Below are positions 57,762 through 64,000 of a DNA stretch of 64,000 nucleotides, one piece after another. The notes below the pieces were generated by a model. It ran no database searches, was not told the DNA's origin, and saw only the letters and a program-made list of their open reading frames with translations. The DNA comes from Candidatus Moraniibacteriota bacterium (GTDB lineage: Bacteria > Patescibacteriota > Minisyncoccia > Moranbacterales > UBA2206): the NCBI GenBank assembly GCA_049303905.1, contig JBAQNP010000039.1, positions 36,682 through 100,681 on the forward strand, read 5' to 3'. Each line of letters begins with the position of its first letter. The stretch's first letter is position 1. A program made the position numbers and the translations under genes.

Positions 57762-58387
57762 AAATAACCAGATTTAAATTTTCCAAAAAAATATTCCTAT
57801 TGCTAATTTTGGCAATATTTCTACTTTTCATCTTTCTTAGATTTGAAAAGGAATTGATTTTTTTTGAAAACAGCCTCCAAAAAAATTCTTCGATAAAAAT
57901 CTCAAAAGACCAAAAACTTTCCGGAAAATTTGAATCCACCCGCGCAAATCTCACCCAAGTTGAGATATTACTAGGTGGAGGAAAAAAACTAACCAATCCC
58001 ACAGCAGTTAAAATTAAACTAGCTGATGAAAATTGCTCCAAAATTATCCGCGAAGGATCAGTTGAACCTTCCTATTTAAAAAGAAAAGATATCTATGAAT
58101 TCAGATTTTCCAAAATTGCCGATTCAAAAGACAAAAAATATTGCCTTATTTTAGGATATGAACCCCAAAAATTGGATGCAAAAAATCTTCAGGTATATAC
58201 TTCAGGTGATCAGCCGGCCATGCGAGCAGTCTATGTAAATGATAATACGTGGCAAAACATCAACGAGCTTAGTCAAAGAATGTCTCAGTATAAACCCCTT
58301 TTCTTGAAACACTATTTTCTTTGGGCCATTTTTCTCAGTTTTATCTTTTTTTCAATTTTCTTGATTGTTGTATTAATTCTAATTTAA
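57758..58387 (+). CDS. hypothetical bitopic membrane protein (N- and C-terminal TM helices)
   Basis: 209 aa; overlaps the upstream stop by 4 nt (ATGA), suggesting translational coupling. Confidence 0.4.
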   Translation: MKITRFKFSKKIFLLLILAIFLLFIFLRFEKELIFFENSLQKNSSIKISKDQKLSGKFESTRANLTQVEILLGGGKKLTNPTAVKIKLADENCSKIIREGSVEPSYLKRKDIYEFRFSKIADSKDKKYCLILGYEPQKLDAKNLQVYTSGDQPAMRAVYVNDNTWQNINELSQRMSQYKPLFLKHYFLWAIFLSFIFFSIFLIVVLILI

Positions 58388-58405
58388 TCTATACTATAAA
58401 GGATT

Positions 58406-60157
58406 ATGTTTGAAACACCGCTAAATAAAAAAGAACTATTCTCCGTTTTTATCTTACTTTTTTTGGGTCAAATTTGGCTTTCCTTAATTTTGGCTTTTTT
58501 GGGCATTTTTTATCCGATTATTATTTTGCTTTATATGTTAGGCGCCGTTTTGTTTTTGAGTTATCTAATTTGGAAAAATTTTTCTCAAATTAAGCCAGCC
58601 AAAAGTGAAATATTTTTCCTATTTTTAGTTTTATCTTTCATCATCCTTTTTTCTTTTTTTTCTCAACCGACAATTTTTTCTGGCCGAGATCAAGGCTCAC
58701 TTAGCGAAGCAGCTATCCGACTTTCCCAAAACCATCGATTAACTTTTTCTTCCCCCGCAACAAGAGAATTTTTTGAAATTTACGGACCAGGTCAAGCTTT
58801 GAATTTTCCCGGTTTTAGCTACAAAGAAAATGGCAACCTAATCACCCACTTCCCGCTTGGCTACATCGCCTGGCTAGCTTCGTTTTTTTCTCTTTTTGGC
58901 CTTTTTGGTCTAACAATCGCCAACGGAGTTTCCTTTTTTATTTTTTCTTGCGCTTTTTATCTCCTAGCCAAAAAGTTACTATCGCCTTTTTCCGCTCTCC
59001 TGACTTGGGTTTTGTCCATTACTGTTTTCACTTCTTTTTGGTTTTTCAAATTTACTCTAAGTGAAAATTTAGCCTTAGCCTTGGTTTGGCTCAGCATCTA
59101 TTTTTTTGTTCTTTTTTGGGATAATCCGAAAAAATCATATTTCATTCTTTCTTTTTTGACATTCGGCCTTTTAATCTTTACCCGCATCGAAGGTTTGGCT
59201 TTTCTTTTAGTCGCCATAATTCTATTTTTCTTGAAATTTAAAAATCATCATCCATTTAGAATTTTATTGGATAAAAAAATTATCTTTTTGTTTCTTGCTA
59301 TTATTGCTCTTTACACTCTAAACATCTTCATTGACCGACAATTTTTCATCTCCATTGCCAAAGCCATTATCAAGCCTTTTTTTGAATCTTCAAATAGCTC
59401 CTTCTTGCCATCCAATCCTTTCTTTTCAATTTGGCAGATTATGAAAATATTTTATCTTTATGGACTGCTACTATTTTTTCTCTTGGGCTTGGCCGGATTT
59501 GCATTGTCTTTGCGAGAAAGAAAAATCAGAATACTCATCCCCTTTTTGATAATTTTGCCGGCCTTTATATATATCATCTATCCAAACATTTCTGGCGATC
59601 ATCCTTGGATGCTTCGACGCTTTATGTTCGCTATAATTCCCGTTAGCATTCTTTATTCAGTTATTTTTTTGGAAAAATTTTTTCGCCGAAAAATAATTAT
59701 TTATGCTTTTTTAGTTTTATTTTTAGCTGGAAATTCACTGATGCTATTCTATTTTTTGAGATCAATTCCAAACCAAAATCTACTTGCGCAAATTGAAAAA
59801 ATTAGCCATAATTTCAAAAAAGAGGATCTGGTTCTTATCGATCAAAAAGCTACAGGAGAGAATTGGGCAATGATGAGTGGGCCAATGAGTTTTCTCTATG
59901 GACTACAAGCAGTCTATTTTTTTAATCCGCAGGATTTGGAAAAAATTGATCTTAAAAAATTCAGCGCTGTTTATTTTATCATTCCTAATGACAATCTAGA
60001 TTTTTATTCAAAAAACAACCTTATCGACAGATTAGAACCAACTGGAAACTATTTCATAGAAAATAGAACAATAGGAAAAATTTCTTTGAGTGAAAAATTA
60101 GTTTTGCCGGAAACTGAAACACATCTAATTTTAGGCAAAATTTATTTGTTAAAATAA
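58406..60157 (+). CDS. GT-C fold membrane glycosyltransferase candidate (ArnT/PMT-like)
   Basis: 583 aa, about 11 TM helices, the motif SGRDQGSLSEAAIRL in the first loop, and a C-terminal soluble domain. Confidence 0.45.
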   Translation: MFETPLNKKELFSVFILLFLGQIWLSLILAFLGIFYPIIILLYMLGAVLFLSYLIWKNFSQIKPAKSEIFFLFLVLSFIILFSFFSQPTIFSGRDQGSLSEAAIRLSQNHRLTFSSPATREFFEIYGPGQALNFPGFSYKENGNLITHFPLGYIAWLASFFSLFGLFGLTIANGVSFFIFSCAFYLLAKKLLSPFSALLTWVLSITVFTSFWFFKFTLSENLALALVWLSIYFFVLFWDNPKKSYFILSFLTFGLLIFTRIEGLAFLLVAIILFFLKFKNHHPFRILLDKKIIFLFLAIIALYTLNIFIDRQFFISIAKAIIKPFFESSNSSFLPSNPFFSIWQIMKIFYLYGLLLFFLLGLAGFALSLRERKIRILIPFLIILPAFIYIIYPNISGDHPWMLRRFMFAIIPVSILYSVIFLEKFFRRKIIIYAFLVLFLAGNSLMLFYFLRSIPNQNLLAQIEKISHNFKKEDLVLIDQKATGENWAMMSGPMSFLYGLQAVYFFNPQDLEKIDLKKFSAVYFIIPNDNLDFYSKNNLIDRLEPTGNYFIENRTIGKISLSEKLVLPETETHLILGKIYLLK

Positions 60158-61467
60158 TGTTTAACCCAACCAAAAACATAGCTCTGGAACCAACCTGGCA
60201 AAAAATTTATTATGTTGGGCGCATTTTAGTTTTTATTTGTTTCTTTTTAATCATTTTGTATTTTACAAAAAATACCTTCTTCCCATCGGAAAAATTCGCT
60301 TTGAATTTTAACAATCAGAAAATAGAAGAAAGCTTGTTGGGTTTTGAAGATGCTTCCAGTTCAGAAAAAATTTTTAGCGCCTATTCTAAAGATAATTTTT
60401 CCTTTGCTAATTTCAAAATAACCGCCCAAAAAAACCAACCCGATTTAACAAATGAAGAAGTGTTGTTACGAAAAACCTATTCAGCTTTCGCCTACCCACT
60501 CTCAGATCAACTGGCAATTTTTCCTGACAGAACATTACTTCAAAATAACAATGATTTTTTTCTTGTTTCTAATGGAAAAATGAGAAAATTTTCCTCACTA
60601 AAGATTCTCGAGGCTCTGGGATATTCGCAAGATAATTTTCAAAAAATAACGGACGAGGAAATCAGCTATATGGAAAAGGGCGAAGAAATAACCGAAACCG
60701 AGAATTATCCTGACAACTCCCTATTTTTAATTGATGGAACTTATTTCGAACTCCTAACTGGTGTTTTGCGTCCATTCGTAAGTGAAAGAGCCTTCCTTTC
60801 TTATTGTGAAAAAAATCAGGCCCTATTAAAAGACAATAATTTTTTGAAAAAATATTCTGTTGATCAGGATCATCCAATTGGTTTTTCCAATGGAACGCTT
60901 TTGTCTTTTGACATCGGAGTGTTTTTAGTCGAAGAAGGAAAAGTGGTGCCATTTAATAATCCGGAGACTTTTCTGGCACTGGGCTATAACTGGGATGATA
61001 TAATCCCTGCTAACGAAGAAGAAATTGGCCTCTATCAACGCGATAAGGTTTTTTCCATCAGCCGACCACACCCATCAGGAACGATTTTTCAAGATCAAGA
61101 TAGCGGAAAATATTATTTAATTCTAGGAAAAGAAAAAAAGGAAATCCGAGGAGAAAATATCCAGCGCATCTATCTCAAAAGAAAACCCGTCCTGGCTAAT
61201 GAAAAAAGTCTGGATTTTAATATTTCTTGTAAGCTAGAAAAGAAATTGTGGCCACTAAACTCCTATGGTTGCCAAATGCCAACGGCGACTTTAGAAAAAA
61301 TAACTGGCAAGGATTATCAATTCAAATTAGCTACTGACTCTAGTGTGGATATTTCAAAAGTTAATATAATTTTTTCTCGAGAGATAAATTGGCTTAATAT
61401 GCGAGATATTTTCTCGGATATCAAACAGCGCCTCTTGGGAAGTTATGGTTATGGAGAAGAAAACTAA
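60157..61467 (+). CDS. hypothetical membrane-anchored exported protein
   Basis: N-terminal TM helix VGRILVFICFFLIILYF followed by a 400-aa soluble domain; no family recognised. Confidence 0.4.
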   Translation: MFNPTKNIALEPTWQKIYYVGRILVFICFFLIILYFTKNTFFPSEKFALNFNNQKIEESLLGFEDASSSEKIFSAYSKDNFSFANFKITAQKNQPDLTNEEVLLRKTYSAFAYPLSDQLAIFPDRTLLQNNNDFFLVSNGKMRKFSSLKILEALGYSQDNFQKITDEEISYMEKGEEITETENYPDNSLFLIDGTYFELLTGVLRPFVSERAFLSYCEKNQALLKDNNFLKKYSVDQDHPIGFSNGTLLSFDIGVFLVEEGKVVPFNNPETFLALGYNWDDIIPANEEEIGLYQRDKVFSISRPHPSGTIFQDQDSGKYYLILGKEKKEIRGENIQRIYLKRKPVLANEKSLDFNISCKLEKKLWPLNSYGCQMPTATLEKITGKDYQFKLATDSSVDISKVNIIFSREINWLNMRDIFSDIKQRLLGSYGYGEEN

Positions 61468-61852
61468 ACAACAAATAGAATTATTAACATACAAATTGCT
61501 CCACGACGTTCTTTTTTTGTGGCTTTTTGGAACTGCTTGCCTACTCACAGCACAAAATATTTTGCCTAATTATTTTTTCAGTGAATTTTCTTTAGCAAAA
61601 ATAATTTTTGGACTTTTTGCTATTCTATTTCTCATTGGATTTTTTGGTAAAAAACAAAATATTTCTACCTCTGAAAATCCAGAAAAAACAAAAAAACCAA
61701 GTAGGACTCTGGTTTTTCTGATTATTATTTCTTCTATTTTAATTATAAATTCATTTAGAACTTTGGAAATTTTTCCCCTCATTGCTTCCTGCGTTTTTGC
61801 TCTGTTTATCTTCTTTGCTTTTTTCCAAATTACTTCCAGAAGTCAAGAATGA
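61445..61852 (+). CDS. small membrane protein, hypothetical
   Basis: 135 aa, 3-4 hydrophobic helices. Confidence 0.3.
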   Translation: MVMEKKTKQQIELLTYKLLHDVLFLWLFGTACLLTAQNILPNYFFSEFSLAKIIFGLFAILFLIGFFGKKQNISTSENPEKTKKPSRTLVFLIIISSILIINSFRTLEIFPLIASCVFALFIFFAFFQITSRSQE

Positions 61853-61857
61853 AAAAA

Positions 61858-62973
61858 CTAACTTTTTAAATAGTCCAGAGTTTCCTGCGCGCATTTTTCC
61901 CAAGAAAATTTTTGTGCTTGCTTTATGCCTTTAGAAATCAAATCTTGCCTAAGTTCTGGATTGTCAAGAATTTTTTTAATTTGCAAAGACAATTGTGAAT
62001 AATCTTTTGGCTCAAAATATAGCGCTGCCTCCCCTGCCACCTCTGGAAGCGAAGAATTATTCGCACAAACCACTGGAACGCCTGAAATGAAGGCCTCGAG
62101 CACCGGAATACCAAATCCCTCATAGAGTGATGGAAAACAAAAAATCTCCGCTCCGCGCATCAGGTGCCCCAAATCAGCAAATTTGATTTTTCCGGGAGTT
62201 ATTATCTCGTTTCTCACTGGGCTGTTTTGAATTTGTTGAAAAATTTCTTTCCACAGCCAAGCTTTTTCTCCAGCTAAAACTAATTTCACATCCCTATACT
62301 GCTTTTCTTTTTTTAGTTCCTCAAAGGCACTGATTAATGTTTTTAAATTTTTTCTTGGCTGAAGAGCACCAACATAAAAAATATAACGTCCTTGAATGTT
62401 AAATTTATCTCTAATTTCCTGTTCTTTTTCCTGATTTCGTTCTTTTTCAAAAATTTCCTTATCAAAACCATGATTTATCACTTTGATTTTATCTGCTTTT
62501 ATTTCCGGATAAAATTTCAAAATATCTTTTTTGGTTGCCTGCGAAATGGCAATTATTCCATCACTTCTTCGCACCGCCCAACCAACCAGGAGATTAAGCT
62601 TTAATAAATCATACTTCCTGAAATGATCTGGAAAATATTTGAAGGCCAAATCATGAATTGTCACCACGGTTCTCATTTTTTTATTGCGGAAAAGTGGGAT
62701 ATTGTGCATTGGCATCCAAAGTACATCCGGCTTCTCCCAAAAAAGACTGAGACACAATCGAATTTGCGTCCAAAAAAATGGAAAAGGGATTTTCCGAATA
62801 TCATAATTAGAAAATTTATCCGGAGTAAGTTCCGGATTGAAATTTTTTTTGTGATAAATTAGAAATTGGCTTTTTAGATCAAGCTTCCCGAAATATTTGA
62901 GAAGATTCAAAATATAGACTCTGGTCCCATCAATTCTTTCCCAATCTAAATCCGCCGCCTGAATAGCAATTTT
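61858..62973 (-). CDS. GT4 family glycosyltransferase
   Basis: MKIAIQAADL... start (internal Met of the track ORF); C-terminal EGFGIPVLEAFISGVPVVCANNSSLPEVAGEAALYFEP. Confidence 0.8.
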   Translation of the reverse strand, partial: KIAIQAADLDWERIDGTRVYILNLLKYFGKLDLKSQFLIYHKKNFNPELTPDKFSNYDIRKIPFPFFWTQIRLCLSLFWEKPDVLWMPMHNIPLFRNKKMRTVVTIHDLAFKYFPDHFRKYDLLKLNLLVGWAVRRSDGIIAISQATKKDILKFYPEIKADKIKVINHGFDKEIFEKERNQEKEQEIRDKFNIQGRYIFYVGALQPRKNLKTLISAFEELKKEKQYRDVKLVLAGEKAWLWKEIFQQIQNSPVRNEIITPGKIKFADLGHLMRGAEIFCFPSLYEGFGIPVLEAFISGVPVVCANNSSLPEVAGEAALYFEPKDYSQLSLQIKKILDNPELRQDLISKGIKQAQKFSWEKCAQETLDYLKS

Positions 62974-63077
62974 CATACTTTGCGAATTACCCGCCTCGCA
63001 TCGACGAGCAATCGTCTTTGCGAGTCGAGGCGGGCGAATTTTGTACAAATATACAAATGTACAAAAATTTATATAAA

Positions 63078-63947
63078 TTATATTTTTAGAGTTTTTAGAT
63101 AAGCTCTTAGTTTATCTTTAATTTCTGGATGTTTTAAGCCTAAATAAATACTTACTCGGAGAAGATTAAAAGGATCTCCTGTATCCAGCCATGTTCCTTC
63201 TAGAATTTTTCCATAAATCGGCTTTCCTTCTTTCATCATTATTTCAAAGGCATCAATCAAGCGAATTTCTCCAGAATTTCCATTTTCTATTGTAGATAAA
63301 ATATTAAGAACTTTTGGAGTTATTATATATGCACCAATCGCTACTGTCAGAGCTGGAGCTTCTTCATTTTTTGGCTTCTCTATTAACTGTTTTATCTCCA
63401 TTGTATCTTTATCAAGAGAAATCCCTGTATAAACTCCGAATTTGTGCACTTCATCACGGGAAACTTCAGTAAGACCAACCACTGGATCATGATATTTTTC
63501 ATAAGTTTCGACTAATTGTTTCACTATCGGAACTTTGCTGTCATAAACAGTGTCCCCAAAAACAACTGCTACCGGTTCATCTCCGACTAGATGGGCTGCC
63601 TGAAGAATTGCATGTCCATCTCCTAGCTGATGAGATTGTCTGACATAAGAAAATTTAGCCAATCCTTGAATTTTTTTTAATTCCTCTAAAAGATCGGTTT
63701 TATTTTTTTCCGCCAACTTATCCTCCAATTCATAAGCGATGTCAAAATGATCTTCAATCGCACGTTTTCCCCGGCCTGTCACGAAAATTATTTCTTCGAT
63801 ACCAGCTGCTACCACGCTTTCTACTACATATTGCACTGCTGGCTTATTTAGAACCGGAAGCATTTCTTTTGGTTGAGCCTTAGTGGCTGGCAAAAATCTA
63901 GTTCCGAATCCAGCTACTGGTAAAATTGCTTTTCTAATTTTTTGCAT
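63078..63947 (-). CDS. galU: UTP--glucose-1-phosphate uridylyltransferase
   Basis: KAILPVAGFGTRFLPATKAQPKEMLPV is the GalU signature; 289 aa. Confidence 0.9.
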   Translation of the reverse strand: MQKIRKAILPVAGFGTRFLPATKAQPKEMLPVLNKPAVQYVVESVVAAGIEEIIFVTGRGKRAIEDHFDIAYELEDKLAEKNKTDLLEELKKIQGLAKFSYVRQSHQLGDGHAILQAAHLVGDEPVAVVFGDTVYDSKVPIVKQLVETYEKYHDPVVGLTEVSRDEVHKFGVYTGISLDKDTMEIKQLIEKPKNEEAPALTVAIGAYIITPKVLNILSTIENGNSGEIRLIDAFEIMMKEGKPIYGKILEGTWLDTGDPFNLLRVSIYLGLKHPEIKDKLRAYLKTLKI

Positions 63948-63968
63948 AAATTTTTGTAAATTGTTTTT

Positions 63969-63995
63969 ACTACAGTATACTGTAATACTGTAGTG
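63969..63995. promoter_or_regulatory. nested perfect palindromes upstream of galU (candidate operator)
   Basis: TACAGTATACTGTA (63971-63984) is a 14-bp perfect palindrome. CTACAGTAT/ATACTGTAG forms a second inverted repeat around it. It lies 24 bp upstream of the galU ATG, at the window edge. Confidence 0.3.
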
Positions 63996-64000
63996 TTTTA

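Noticed and set aside
1-64000. CRISPR arrays, integrases, transposases, restriction-modification or toxin-antitoxin genes
   Set aside because: None seen; all repeats found are short intergenic or protein-coding tandem repeats, not spacer-repeat arrays. The AAA ATPase at 27589-28713 is of the common DUF4143 type, with no partner nuclease.

Overview
The window is AT-rich (roughly one-third GC), almost entirely coding and nearly all short-intergenic; it looks like a cell-surface glycan biosynthesis island, consistent with a small-genome CPR/Patescibacteria-like bacterium (lineage is inference only). No rRNA, tRNA, CRISPR array, integrase or transposase was recognised.

Glycosyltransferases and GT-C-type membrane glycosyltransferase candidates (about 20 in 64 kb):
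- about 8 GT4 and about 7 GT2 glycosyltransferases, including three polyprenol-phosphate-sugar-synthase-like GT2s (GtrB/DPM1 type) and one 965-aa protein carrying three GT2 domains;
- at least seven multi-TM GT-C-fold-like membrane proteins, three of them tandem paralogs;
- four membrane-anchored calcineurin-like metallophosphoesterases: one fused to a GT-C paralog, one stand-alone, and a tandem pair in which one copy has lost metal-ligand histidines.

Export and sugar-nucleotide machinery:
- an ABC-transporter-dependent export module (Wzm/Wzt) plus two Wzx/MOP flippases;
- nucleotide-sugar enzymes ugd, a UDP-glucuronate 4-epimerase-like SDR and galU, together with an AsnB-family amidotransferase and a SAM methyltransferase;
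- a pyruvyl-transferase / 4Fe-4S ferredoxin / FrhB-like fusion protein.

Other genes: metK; an RtcB-family protein with altered active-site motifs next to a tmk-like kinase; an AAA ATPase; two four-helix-bundle (PF05635-like) proteins; a large secreted LCAT-like alpha/beta-hydrolase protein; a secreted tandem-repeat/SpoIID protein; and a winged-helix gene with a nearby decayed paralog.

Non-coding structure of note:
- a dispersed (CATGAAA)n heptad-repeat element at four gene junctions, two copies in inverted orientation flanking one four-helix-bundle gene;
- 11-bp inverted repeats flanking the other four-helix-bundle gene;
- a 149-bp MITE-like element with 15-bp terminal inverted repeats;
- a 14-bp perfect palindrome upstream of galU;
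- a clear rho-independent terminator after metK.

Most striking feature: the GT-C / metallophosphoesterase array at about 10-22 kb, which does not correspond to any glycosylation system I can name.
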